The notes beneath the pieces are model-generated. The model searched no databases. It saw nothing but the letters and a program-made list of their open reading frames with translations, and was not told the origin of the DNA. A DNA stretch of 64,000 nt, taken from positions 6,272,001 through 6,336,000 of the forward strand of contig OZ245006.1 of assembly GCA_965223545.1 (NCBI GenBank), given 5' to 3'. Below, in pieces: positions 53,297 through 64,000 of the stretch; position 1 is the first letter of the stretch, and each line of letters starts with the position of its first letter. A program made the translations under genes and the position numbers. This DNA is from Planctomycetota bacterium (GTDB taxonomy: Bacteria > Planctomycetota > UBA1135 > UBA2386).

Positions 53297-54685
53297 ATGC
53301 CACGCCTCGTATCGAGCCTGCTCCTGTTGACCGCCGGCGCCGTCGCTGGCGTCCTCGCCCAGCGTGCGGGTCTACCTGCCACGGTGCGCTCTTGGTTTGT
53401 TTCGCGGCCGGAGGTGCGGCAGGCCGGTGATCTGGTGCTCGGCCGTGACGGTGTTTGGCATCAGGCGCGCGACCTGCAGAGTGGCGCGCTCGATGTCGAC
53501 AACGAGGACCTCGCCAACCTGCCGTACCTGCGCGGCACGCGTTCGGCCAACGACGTGCAGACCATCCTGCGCTACGACCCGGACGCCGCCGCCGATGGCG
53601 TCAACCTCGTCGTCTCGGGCCATGCACCCGAGGCGGTGCTGTTCGACATGAAGGGCAATGTGCTGCACCGTTGGCGCCGGCCGCTGAAGGACGTGTGGCC
53701 GGGGCCGCTCGGTTTCGACGAGTGGGAGGTGCACGGCCAGTTTTGGCGCCGCGCGCACCTGTTCCCCAACGGGGATCTGCTGGCGATCTTCGAGGGCATC
53801 GGCATGATCAAGCTCGACCTTCACTCCAACGTGCTGTGGGAGTCGAAGTGTCGCGCGCACCACGACCTCGAGGTGCAGGCCAACGGTGAGATCTACACCC
53901 TGGCGCGCCATCCGCGCTCGACTCTCGACGGCGTGGAGCTCGATGCTCCGCTGATCGAGGACTTCGTCGTCGTGCTCGGCGCCGACGGCACCGAGCTGCG
54001 CCGGGTATCGGTGCTCGACTGCTTCATGCAGTCGCGCTACGCCTCGCTGCTGTCGGGCATCAAGTGGCGCGGCGACGTGCTGCACGTCAATACCGTCGAG
54101 GTCTTGGACGGCCGCTTCGCCGACCGCCTGCCCGCCTTTACCGCCGGTCGTGTCCTGATCTCGGTGCCGACGCGGAACGTGGTCGCCGTGCTCGACCTCG
54201 AAACACAGCAGGTTGTCTGGGCGTTGGCGGGGCTTTGGGTGTTCCAGCACCAGCCGACGATGCTCGACGACGGCAGCATGTTGGTGTTCGACAACATGGG
54301 GGCGAATGGTGAGTCGCGCGTTCTGCAGCTGGATCCGAGCAGTCAGCGGCTGCTCTGGTCCTACGGCGGCACCGCCGAGCAGCCGTTGGCGTCGCGCATC
54401 CTCGGTTCGGTGAGCCGTCTCGACAACGGCAACACGCTGATCACCGAGTCGGTCGGCGGCCGCGCGCTCGAGGTCACCACGGACGGCGACGTAGTCTGGG
54501 AGTTCATGACCCCGTTTCGGGCGGGTGACGACAACGAGCTGATCGCCAGCTTGCTCGAGGTCGAGCGGCTGGACCCGGCAGCCTTCGAAGGCGAGCTGGC
54601 CACCGTGGTCGCCGGCTTGGCTGGTGATGGCGAGGGCGAGATCGACCTGCAGGGTGCCGACGCCCTGCTGCGCGGCGGCAAGTGA
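53297..54685 (+). CDS. arylsulfotransferase (ASST)-family beta-propeller protein
   Basis: Signal peptide, DMKGNVLHRW, AHHD, LHVNTV, QHQP, VFDN and RLDNGNTLITES. Confidence 0.8.
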   Translation: MPRLVSSLLLLTAGAVAGVLAQRAGLPATVRSWFVSRPEVRQAGDLVLGRDGVWHQARDLQSGALDVDNEDLANLPYLRGTRSANDVQTILRYDPDAAADGVNLVVSGHAPEAVLFDMKGNVLHRWRRPLKDVWPGPLGFDEWEVHGQFWRRAHLFPNGDLLAIFEGIGMIKLDLHSNVLWESKCRAHHDLEVQANGEIYTLARHPRSTLDGVELDAPLIEDFVVVLGADGTELRRVSVLDCFMQSRYASLLSGIKWRGDVLHVNTVEVLDGRFADRLPAFTAGRVLISVPTRNVVAVLDLETQQVVWALAGLWVFQHQPTMLDDGSMLVFDNMGANGESRVLQLDPSSQRLLWSYGGTAEQPLASRILGSVSRLDNGNTLITESVGGRALEVTTDGDVVWEFMTPFRAGDDNELIASLLEVERLDPAAFEGELATVVAGLAGDGEGEIDLQGADALLRGGK

Positions 54686-55154
54686 GGCTCCGGCGCCGCG
54701 AGTCGTCGAGCTGCGACAACATTCTCGAGGCGACGCCGCTGCCATGGCAACGGTGCCGCCGCGCCGGAGCCTCGGAGAGACAGTGTCTCCTGGCTCAGCG
54801 CGGCGGCGGATGTGTCAGGCCTTCCAGACCGCTCCGGCAGAATCGGCATCCGAGTTTGGTTGCGGTCGTGGCCGCGCTGAGCGTCCGGCGCCGCGAATCG
54901 TCGAGCTGCGACAACATTCTCGAGGCGACGCCGCTGCCATGGCAACGGTACCGCCGCGCCGGAGCCTCGGAGAGACAGTGTCTCCTGGCTCAGCGCGGCG
55001 GCGGATGTGTCAGGCCTTCCGAACCGTTCCGGCGAGAGCGGCATCCGAATCTGGTTGCGGTCGTGGCCGCGATGAGCGTCTTGCGCCGCGAATCGTCGAG
55101 CTGCGACAACATTCTCGAGGCGACGCCGTTGGCAAAGCAACCGCGCCGCCGCGC
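54683..55154. repeat. 195-bp tandem repeat (about 2.4 units), multi-hairpin
   Basis: The anchor GCTGCGACAAC ends at 54720, 54915 and 55110, giving a period of exactly 195. The repeat fills the intergenic space. Confidence 0.95.
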
Positions 55155-55191
55155 TTGACCGCGGCACTGGCGAGCCCCTTCAATCGACGCC

Positions 55192-58149
55192 ATGGTCTCG
55201 GCTCGTCCCGAGGTCGGCGAGCGACCTCAGCTGCGCAGCTTCCAGGAGCTGATGCGGCAGCGCGTGCAGCGCATCCTGTTGGTCTCGAGTCTCTACGATT
55301 CGTTCATCCTGTCCGAGGAGGGGCAGCTGCAGGAGACGCTGCTCGGGCAGTTCATCGACCTGAACCTGCTCAACGTCCCGGACTTGACCCGGGTGCCGGA
55401 CGGCGACGAGGCCATCGAGCGGCTGCAGAGCCCCGGTGAGTTCGACCTGGTCGTCTCCAGCATCAAGGCCGGCGACATGGACGCCAGCGAGCTGGCGCGG
55501 CGGCTGCAAGAGGAGGGCATCTTCGTCCCGGTCATCGTCCTGGCGTACTCGAACCGCGAGCTGGCCGACTTCCTGGCGACCGCCGACCTGCCGCGGCTGG
55601 CTGGGGTGTTCTTGTGGCAGGGAGACGCCCGCATCCTGCTGGCGATGGTCAAGCACGTCGAGGATCGGCTCAACGTCGTGCACGACTGCGGTGAGTTCGG
55701 CGTGCCGGCGGTGATCGTCGTCGAGGACAACGTCCGCTTCTACTCGTCGTTCCTGCCGGTGATCTACTCCGAGGTCTTCCGGCACATGCAGCGCCTGTTG
55801 TCGGAGGACCTCAACCTGTCGCAGAAGATGCTGCGCATGCGGGCGCGGCCCAAGGTCCTGTTGTGCCGTACTTATGAGGAGGCCTGGTCGTACTACATGC
55901 GCTACGAGGAGCACATCCTCGGCGTGATCAGCGACATCGAGTTTCCGCGCGGTGGCAAGCTCGACCGGCAGGCCGGCATCGAGTTCACTTCGCGGGTCCA
56001 CGCCGCGCACCCCGACGTGCGCATCGTGCTGCAGTCGAGTGTCATCCAGAATCAGCGTCTCGCGGAGCAAGTCGGTGCATCCTTCTTGCTCAAGGGCTCG
56101 CCGAGTCTGCTGCACCAGCTGCGGCGGATCCTGGTCGAGCGCTTCGGCTTCGGCGATTTCGTGTTCCGATTGCCAGACGGCAGCGAGGTCGACCGCGCCC
56201 ACAACCTGAAGAGTCTGGTGGAGAAGCTGGCCACCGTGCCGGCCGCCTGCATCGGCTATCACGGCGAGCGCAACCACTTCTCCAACTGGCTCAAGGCGCG
56301 CACCGAGTTCGTGTTGGCCGACCGGCTGCGGGCGCGTCGCGTCGAGGACTTCGACAGCATCGAAGACCTGCGCAGTCACTTGCTGGCCAGCATCGGCAAC
56401 TACACCAAGGCGCGCACGCGCGCAGTGGTCGCCGATTTCGAGCCGTCGCGGTTCGAGGAAGCCGGCGGGATCGCGCGGATTGGACAAGGCTCGCTCGGCG
56501 GCAAGGCGCGCGGCATCGCGTTCGCGAGCCGGATCCTGCAGCGGTCGCAAGTCGCCGAGCGATTTCCGGATGTCGACGTGTTCGTGCCGGCGTCCGTCGT
56601 GCTCGGGACGCAAGTGTTCGACGAGTTCATGGAACGCGGCGGCTTGGACGATTTCGCGTTGGAGTCGCACACCGATGCCGCGACCCTACAGCGCTTCCTG
56701 GTGCAGCCGTTTCCCGAGGAAGCGGTCGAGCATCTGCGCGCGTTCTTGGAGCGCGCGAGGTACCCACTCGCGGTGCGCTCATCGAGCCTGCTCGAGGACT
56801 CGCTGGCGCAGCCGTTTGCCGGCGTCTACCAGACCTTCATGCTGCCGAACAACCACGCCGAGCTCGAGGTGCGGCTCGCGCATCTGGTCTCGGCCGTGAA
56901 GCGGGTGTACGCCTCGATGTTCGCCACCGACGCCAAGGCCTACGTCAGCGCGACCGCCTACCGCGTCGAGGAAGAGAAGATGGCGGTGCTGATCCAGCAG
57001 CTGGTCGGCACAACGCACGGCGAGCGGTTCTATCCGGACTTCGCCGGCGTCGCCCGCTCCCACGACTTCTACCCGCGCTCACCGGCGGTGGCCGCTGACG
57101 GGGTTGCCGCCGTCGCGTTGGGCATGGGTGCGACAGTGGTCGATGGCGGCGCGTGCGTGCGCTTCTCTCCGCGCTACCCGCGGCATGCTCTGGACTACTC
57201 TTCGGTGCGCGATGGCCTGGCCAACGCGCAGCGCGAGTTCTGTGCGCTCGACCTGGACCGGTCGCCCGACGCCGGCGAGTTCGCGCAGCTGCGCACTCTG
57301 CCGCTGTCGGTCGCCGAGGAGGACGGCGTCCTGTCCTGGGTGGGTTCGACGTACGTGCCCGAAGACGATCGCATCATCGACGGCACGTCCCGGCCCGGCG
57401 TGCGGCTGGTCAGCTTCGCACGCGTGCTGAAGCACGGCGCGTTTCCGCTTGCCGAGCTGCTCGACTACTTGCTGAAGTACTGCTCTCGGGGCACCAGCGG
57501 CCCGATCGAGATCGAGTTCGCCGGCAACTTCGATCGCGACGGGCGGCGTCCCGAGCTCGCGTTCCTGCAGCTGCGCCCGCTGGCGATGTCCACCGAGGAC
57601 GAGGAGGTGGCGATCGGCGAGGTCGCGCGGCGTGACGTCTTGTGCCGCAGCCAGCAAGTGCTGGGCAACGGGCGCCTCGAAGTTCGCGACGTCGTGGTCG
57701 TCGACGCGGCGCGGTTCGAGCGTGCTCGCAGCCGCGAGGTCGCGCAGATCGTCGCCGCGTTCAACGCCAAGTTGCAGCGCGAAGAGCGGCCGTACGTGCT
57801 CATCGGCGTCGGCCGCTGGGGGTCGTCGGATCCTTACCTTGGGATCCCGGTCGGCTGGAACCAGATTGCCGGTGCCCGCGCGATCGTCGAGTCGGGCTTC
57901 GTCGATCTGTGCGTGGTCCCGTCTCAGGGCACGCACTTCTTCCAAAACCTGACGTCGTGCCAGGTCGGATACTTCACCGTCGACGCGGCCTCCGAGCAGG
58001 GCCACATCGATTGGCAGTGGTTGGCGGACCAGCCGGCGGTGGCCGAGCAAGAATGCGTGCGGCACTTGCGCACCGAGCAGCCCGTGATCGTGAAGATGGT
58101 GGGCCGCACCGGCGAGGGTGTGATCCTGAAGCCAGGCACGGAGGGTTGA
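55192..58149 (+). CDS. receiver-like domains fused to a PPDK/PEP-synthase nucleotide-binding domain
   Basis: ILLVSSLYDSF, VVEDN, GVISD, GSLGGKARG, AVRSSSLLEDS, PFAGVYQT, EEEKMAV, FLQLRP, GRWGSSD and PSQGTHFF. Confidence 0.85.
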   Translation: MVSARPEVGERPQLRSFQELMRQRVQRILLVSSLYDSFILSEEGQLQETLLGQFIDLNLLNVPDLTRVPDGDEAIERLQSPGEFDLVVSSIKAGDMDASELARRLQEEGIFVPVIVLAYSNRELADFLATADLPRLAGVFLWQGDARILLAMVKHVEDRLNVVHDCGEFGVPAVIVVEDNVRFYSSFLPVIYSEVFRHMQRLLSEDLNLSQKMLRMRARPKVLLCRTYEEAWSYYMRYEEHILGVISDIEFPRGGKLDRQAGIEFTSRVHAAHPDVRIVLQSSVIQNQRLAEQVGASFLLKGSPSLLHQLRRILVERFGFGDFVFRLPDGSEVDRAHNLKSLVEKLATVPAACIGYHGERNHFSNWLKARTEFVLADRLRARRVEDFDSIEDLRSHLLASIGNYTKARTRAVVADFEPSRFEEAGGIARIGQGSLGGKARGIAFASRILQRSQVAERFPDVDVFVPASVVLGTQVFDEFMERGGLDDFALESHTDAATLQRFLVQPFPEEAVEHLRAFLERARYPLAVRSSSLLEDSLAQPFAGVYQTFMLPNNHAELEVRLAHLVSAVKRVYASMFATDAKAYVSATAYRVEEEKMAVLIQQLVGTTHGERFYPDFAGVARSHDFYPRSPAVAADGVAAVALGMGATVVDGGACVRFSPRYPRHALDYSSVRDGLANAQREFCALDLDRSPDAGEFAQLRTLPLSVAEEDGVLSWVGSTYVPEDDRIIDGTSRPGVRLVSFARVLKHGAFPLAELLDYLLKYCSRGTSGPIEIEFAGNFDRDGRRPELAFLQLRPLAMSTEDEEVAIGEVARRDVLCRSQQVLGNGRLEVRDVVVVDAARFERARSREVAQIVAAFNAKLQREERPYVLIGVGRWGSSDPYLGIPVGWNQIAGARAIVESGFVDLCVVPSQGTHFFQNLTSCQVGYFTVDAASEQGHIDWQWLADQPAVAEQECVRHLRTEQPVIVKMVGRTGEGVILKPGTEG

Positions 58150-58562
58150 CTACTGCTGTGGCTTCGGCCAGCGCAGGTCGTCGGTAGTGTCGAACTCGCC
58201 GTCGGGACCGGCGCTGGCGACTGCCGCGTGTCCGCCGAGGCCCTGCCGTTCGACCAGGAGACGCAGCGCGGTCTGCCACGGATCGAGCACTGTCGCGCCG
58301 CCGGGGAGCGGTTGCCATGAGCGCTGGTCGGTCGGGCTACCGAGCATGACGTCGAGCACCGCGCGCCGGTCGAGGGATTCCCAGGTGTCGGTGACGAGCG
58401 TCTGGCCGCGCCGCAGCATGGCACGCGGGCTCCGATCGGTGTCGGCGGTGTGCGCCGGCCCGGGTCGGGGCGGCGCGGACTCGCCGCAGCCGATGCCCAC
58501 GGCCGCAGCGGCGATGGCGAGTGCCACAGCGCGTGGCCGGCCGGAGAGGAGGGAGTCCGAGG

Positions 58563-58566
<4 letters not shown>
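58150..58566 (-). CDS. putative lipoprotein with GspG-like C-terminal motif
   Basis: Hydrophobic stretch plus GIGC, then DPWQTALR...[18 protein letters not shown] overlap with the fumarase stop. Confidence 0.6.
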
Positions 58567-60173
<1,607 letters not shown>

Positions 60174-60176
<3 letters not shown>

Positions 60177-60188
60177 GCGCGCACGGTA
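60174..60188 (-). promoter_or_regulatory. putative -10 element of a leaderless transcript
   Basis: The minus strand reads TACCGT-GCGCGC-ATG. Confidence 0.4.
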
Positions 60189-60353
60189 GCCTTCCGGCGG
60201 CGGGTTGCGAGGACCCGGTCCGCGGCGGTGGGCGGGCGGCGCGAAGCGAGAAAATCGAGCCTGACTCCGTACGGGCTGTTGCACGGGTGGGTGGTGTGGT
60301 GGGGATGTCTCAAGCGGGGGTGTCGGCGGGCGACGATGACGTAAGGGGTAGAG

Positions 60354-60908
60354 ATGTACGGGTTGGTGAACCGAGCGATCCGGGAGCTGGTGACGGCGCG
60401 GTATGGCGTCGAGCGGTGGCGCGCGTCGGCGGCGCGCGCGGGCGTTCCCGGCGAGTTTCGCCTGACCCAGATCTGCCCGGACGAGTGGACCCTCTCGCTG
60501 GTGGATGCGGTCGCGGTGGAGACCGCGCAGTCGCCCCAGGACGTGTGGAACGTGCTCGGGCGCTACTGGCTCGAGCACGCGGCGCGCTCCGGTTTCGGCG
60601 GGTTGGTGGATGCCGCGGGGAGCACGTTCGGCGCCGTGCTCGCCAATCTGGACCAGCTGCACAGCCGGATCGGCGTCTCGATGCCCGAGGTTCGGCCGCC
60701 GTCGTTCCGCGTCGAGCAGGTCGAAGACTCGGTGTTCCGCGTGCGCTACCGGAGCCACCGCGATGGTCTGCAGCCGATGGCGATCGGGCTGCTGCGCGGG
60801 CTGGCCGCCCGGTTCGGGATGCAGGCCGAGGTCACGGTCGATGTCTCGGCGCGCGTGGGCCGCGACGTGGTGCTGGTCGTGCGTTTGCGCGAGGTCGCGT
60901 GCCGATGA
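60354..60908 (+). CDS. H-NOX heme NO/O2-binding protein
   Basis: MYGLVN start, NLDQLH (proximal His), PPSF and YRSHR (YxSxR). Confidence 0.92.
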   Translation: MYGLVNRAIRELVTARYGVERWRASAARAGVPGEFRLTQICPDEWTLSLVDAVAVETAQSPQDVWNVLGRYWLEHAARSGFGGLVDAAGSTFGAVLANLDQLHSRIGVSMPEVRPPSFRVEQVEDSVFRVRYRSHRDGLQPMAIGLLRGLAARFGMQAEVTVDVSARVGRDVVLVVRLREVACR

Positions 60909-62563
60909 CGGCTCCGGATCTGCGGTTGTCGACCGAATCGTTCTGTACGGCGTTTCCGTTCCACGTCGTTCTCGATGAGGAGCTGACGTTCGTCCAGATC
61001 GGCACCGCGCTGCGGCGCGTGTGCGAAGACCTCGCGTTGGGTGGCCAGTGGAGCGAGGCGTTCGACGTGTTGAAGCCGAGCTGCGTCGAACTCGACTTCG
61101 ATGGTCTGAAGCACCAGGCGAGCACGGTCTTCTTGGTCCGGCATCGCCATACGGGTCTCGACTTGCGCGGCGCGTTCGTCGCCGAGGCCGATCCCGCGCT
61201 CCTGTTCTTCCTCGCCAGTCCCTGGGTCGTCGACGTCGGTCAGCTGCCGCGCTTTGGCCTGAGCATCGTCGACTATCCGCCCCACGATGCCTCGGCGGAC
61301 TTCCTCTTCATGGTGCGGGCGCGCGAGTCGGCGATCCAGGACGCGCGGCAGCTGGCGAGCGAGCTGCGCCGCCGCACCGACCAACACCTCGAGGCCGTGC
61401 GGACGGCGGAGTCGGCCAGCGCGGCCAAGAGCCAGTTCTTGGCCAACGTTAGCCACGAGCTGAGGACTCCGATGAATGGCATCCTCGGCATGGCCGAGCT
61501 CCTGTGCCACTCGGAGTTGGCGCCGTCGCAGCGCGAATGCGCGGACACGATCCATCAGTCGGCGAACACCTTGCTGCGGCTGATTGGCGAACTCCTCGAC
61601 TTGGCCAAGCTCGACGGCGGCGAACTCGATCTCGTCGATGGCGTCCTCGATGTGCGCGCGCTGGTGCGGCAGGTGATCTCCGACTGCGAGCAGGAGCGGC
61701 CGCGGTCGCGCGTCGCCGTCGGCTACCAGGTCGATCACGACGTGCCGGCGCACGTGCGCGGCGACGTCGACCGGCTGCGGCAGGTGCTGCTCAACCTGTT
61801 GGACAACGCGCTCAGATTCACGATCGAGGGGCACATCGTCGTGCAGGTGCGGCGGGTCGTGCGCGACGGCGACGCCGAGTGGTTGGAGTTCGAGGTGCAG
61901 GACACCGGCGTCGGCATCGACCAGGAAGACTTGGGCAGCATCTTCGCCCCGTTCTTCCAGGTGGATGGCTCGCGCACTCGCCGGCGCGGTGGTGCTGGCC
62001 TGGGACTGTGTGTCAGCCAGCGCTTGGTGCAGCTGATGGACGGCGACATCGACGTGGAGAGCGCGCTGCGCGTCGGTTCGCGCTTCTGGTTCCGCGTCCC
62101 GCTGCGGGCTGCATCCGACTATCTCCCGCCGTCCGCCAGCGAGCCGAGCGGCGAGCGGTTGCTGCGTGGGCGGGTGCTGCTGGTCGAGGACAACGCGGTG
62201 AATCAGCTGGTCATCAAGCGGATGTTGATCAAGCTCGGCTGCGACGTCGAGGTGGCCGACCACGGTGCCGATGCGTTCGATCGAGTGCAGCGGGAGGCGT
62301 TCGACCTGGTGCTGATGGATCTGCAGATGCCGGTGATGGACGGGCTCGAGGCCACGCGGCGGATCCGCGGGCTCGGCGGGCCTGCCGGTGAAGTTCCGAT
62401 CGTCGCGGTCACCGCCAACGCGCTGCGGCGCGACCGGGATGCCTGCATCGAGGCCGGGGCGCAGGGCTATCTCACCAAGCCGTGTCGGATGAAGATGCTC
62501 GAGGACGTCCTGCTGCGCTTCCTGCCGAGTAGTGCCGTGGACCCGTGGCTGGTCGCGGACTGA
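60905..62563 (+). CDS. hybrid histidine kinase with N-terminal H-NOBA-like PAS domain and C-terminal receiver
   Basis: FCTAFPFH...[53 protein letters not shown] and KP. ATGA overlap with the H-NOX gene. Confidence 0.93.
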   Translation: MTAPDLRLSTESFCTAFPFHVVLDEELTFVQIGTALRRVCEDLALGGQWSEAFDVLKPSCVELDFDGLKHQASTVFLVRHRHTGLDLRGAFVAEADPALLFFLASPWVVDVGQLPRFGLSIVDYPPHDASADFLFMVRARESAIQDARQLASELRRRTDQHLEAVRTAESASAAKSQFLANVSHELRTPMNGILGMAELLCHSELAPSQRECADTIHQSANTLLRLIGELLDLAKLDGGELDLVDGVLDVRALVRQVISDCEQERPRSRVAVGYQVDHDVPAHVRGDVDRLRQVLLNLLDNALRFTIEGHIVVQVRRVVRDGDAEWLEFEVQDTGVGIDQEDLGSIFAPFFQVDGSRTRRRGGAGLGLCVSQRLVQLMDGDIDVESALRVGSRFWFRVPLRAASDYLPPSASEPSGERLLRGRVLLVEDNAVNQLVIKRMLIKLGCDVEVADHGADAFDRVQREAFDLVLMDLQMPVMDGLEATRRIRGLGGPAGEVPIVAVTANALRRDRDACIEAGAQGYLTKPCRMKMLEDVLLRFLPSSAVDPWLVAD

Positions 62564-64000
62564 TCGCCGCGGGCGCGCGGCCCGCCAGCTGACTGGTCAG
62601 CGACGCGCCGCCGATCCACAGCAAGCCGAAGGCGAACAGGGCGTGGAAGCCGGCGGTCGCCGGCATTGCCAAGTGGATCGACAGGGCGCTGGTGGTCAGA
62701 GCCCAAAGGCCGAGTCCTATCTCCAGCCACGGCAGCAGGCCGCGAGGCCGCGCCTCGGCCGGGGGGGGCGGCGCCTGGGCGCCGCGCAGATCGTGCTTGG
62801 GCGTCCGTTCGAACGATCCGGTGCGACGGCGCATTCCACCGAGCACCGCGGCGGTGTTGTTGACGCACAGGCCGGCACCGACGGCGAGGATCAGTGGAGC
62901 CCGCATCAGCCCGCCGAGGCCGCGCCGCAAGCGGCGCTGGGCGAGTCCGTAGTAGGCGAGCACGCAGGCAGTGGACAGCAGCATCGGGATGCTCTCCACC
63001 GCGATCAGCCATGCCGGCGGCAGCGCTTCGGTGACCACCCGCAGCCACTGCAGTGGCAGGGCGATCAAGATCAGCAACAGCAGTAGTGGGAACGCTGCGT
63101 TGCCGAGCAGGTGAAACACTGCCTCCAGCAGCACCAAGGGGCGGCGGACGGTGCGCAGAATCCGTGGCAGCAGCTTGCGCGCGGTCTGGATCGATCCCTT
63201 CGCCCAGCGGTGTTGCTGGTGCAAGAACGCGTTGACCTCGATCGGCAGCTCCGCTGGGCAAGCCAACTCCGGGCGGTAGACGAACCGCCAGCCCGCCAGC
63301 TGGGCGCGGTAGGACAGGTCCATGTCCTCGGTCAGCGTGTCGCCCTGCCAGCCGCCGGCCTGCTCGATGCACGCGCGGCGAAACACGCCGGCGGTGCCGT
63401 TGAAGTTGAAGAAGCAGCCGGCCCGCGCCCGCGCGATGTGCTCGACTGCGAAGTGGCCGTCGAGTAGCAGCGCCTGCATCTGAGTCAGCAGGCTGTAGTC
63501 GGGGTTCAGGTGCTCCCAGCGCGCCTGCACCATGCCGACGTCGGCGGCGTCGAAGTGCGCGACGATGCGGCGCAGGAAGCCGGGTTCCGGCGTAAAGTCG
63601 GCGTCGAACATCGCCACCAGCTCGCTGCTCGACGAGCGCAAGCCCGCGGCCAGTGCGCCGGCCTTGAAATGGGTTCGCTCGGTGCGGCGCAGATGCTCGA
63701 CGTCGAGGCCAGCCGGCGCGCGGCGCACGCGGTCGGCAATCACCGACGAGGTCGCGTCATCGGAGTCGTCCAGGATCTGGATCTGCAGGCACTGCCGCGG
63801 GTAGTCCAGCGCGAATACTGCGTCCAGGAGTCGGCCGGCGACGCGCGGCTCGTTGTAGATCGGCAGCTGCACCGTGACCCGCGGCAGCGTGCTCGGTGCC
63901 TGGGCTTGGGGCTCGGCGGGACCCGGTTCGGACCGCGTGCCGGTCCGGTGCCCGCCGACCAACACGCTGAGCAGTGCCATCCACCCGCGGTGCAGGCCGA
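62472..64000 (-). CDS. processive GT2 glycosyltransferase (cellulose-synthase/CslA-like), 5' end beyond the window
   Basis: QLPIYNE, LDDSDD, FKAGAL, FDADF, QARW, FNGTAG, TEDMDL, QQHRW and C-terminal TMs. The frame stays open to the window edge. Confidence 0.9.
   Translation of the reverse strand, partial: GLHRGWMALLSVLVGGHRTGTRSEPGPAEPQAQAPSTLPRVTVQLPIYNEPRVAGRLLDAVFALDYPRQCLQIQILDDSDDATSSVIADRVRRAPAGLDVEHLRRTERTHFKAGALAAGLRSSSSELVAMFDADFTPEPGFLRRIVAHFDAADVGMVQARWEHLNPDYSLLTQMQALLLDGHFAVEHIARARAGCFFNFNGTAGVFRRACIEQAGGWQGDTLTEDMDLSYRAQLAGWRFVYRPELACPAELPIEVNAFLHQQHRWAKGSIQTARKLLPRILRTVRRPLVLLEAVFHLLGNAAFPLLLLLILIALPLQWLRVVTEALPPAWLIAVESIPMLLSTACVLAYYGLAQRRLRRGLGGLMRAPLILAVGAGLCVNNTAAVLGGMRRRTGSFERTPKHDLRGAQAPPPPAEARPRGLLPWLEIGLGLWALTTSALSIHLAMPATAGFHALFAFGLLWIGGASLTSQLAGRAPAAISPRPATGPRHYSAGSAAGRPRASSSDTAW

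Noticed and set aside
54683..55154. CRISPR array
   Set aside because: The units are 195 bp and similar along their whole length, with no unique spacers and no cas genes.
54361..55439. ORFs reading through the repeat (54361..55167 -, 54624..55439 +, 54682..55158 +)
   Set aside because: The period is a multiple of 3, so several frames stay open. They overlap real genes, and the dispersed copy has frame-breaking 17-nt and 4-nt deletions.
60286..60305. G-rich run upstream of H-NOX as a G-quadruplex
   Set aside because: The G-tracts are irregular and expected at this GC content.
62761..62768. G8 tract in GT2 as a phase-variation site
   Set aside because: The tract is short, encodes a Pro linker in a GC-rich genome, and the frame is intact.

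Overview
High-GC bacterial DNA that is almost entirely coding. Planctomycetota-like is my inference, from an ECF sigma factor with a large C-terminal extension and FG-GAP secreted proteins. The window has four parts. (1) 1-12 kb: housekeeping genes (speA, methyltransferase, htpG, MBL hydrolase, mobA, DEAD-box helicase, and a tRNA-dihydrouridine synthase that looks like eukaryotic Dus3). (2) 15.3-33.9 kb: a Wzx/Wzy surface-polysaccharide locus with a WecA-GT4 fusion, GT4s, Wzy, Wzx, Wza and Wzc. Embedded in it are a sulfotransferase, an APH-like kinase and a nucleotidyltransferase/TMK-like fusion; a PP2C phosphatase lies upstream and a second ligase-family TPR protein is divergent. (3) About 34-39.15 kb: an AT-richer island with a secreted beta-propeller protein and a membrane-anchored ECF sigma factor, ending in a structured repeat and a decayed IS3 fragment. 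(4) 39-64 kb: GT4, proline dehydrogenase, glcDEF-like genes, glutamate-cysteine-ligase family, M16 peptidase, arylsulfotransferase, a 195-bp multi-hairpin tandem repeat, a REC-PPDK protein, class I fumarase, H-NOX plus hybrid kinase, and a GT2. The best novelty candidates are the polysaccharide phospho/sulfo-decoration module, a C-terminal domain shared by two unrelated secreted proteins, the tandem-plus-dispersed structured repeat, the island proteins and the Dus3-like enzyme. I saw no rRNA, tRNA or CRISPR array. All family calls are motif recognition by eye, with no database searches, and many start codons are my own choice inside longer ORF-track entries.
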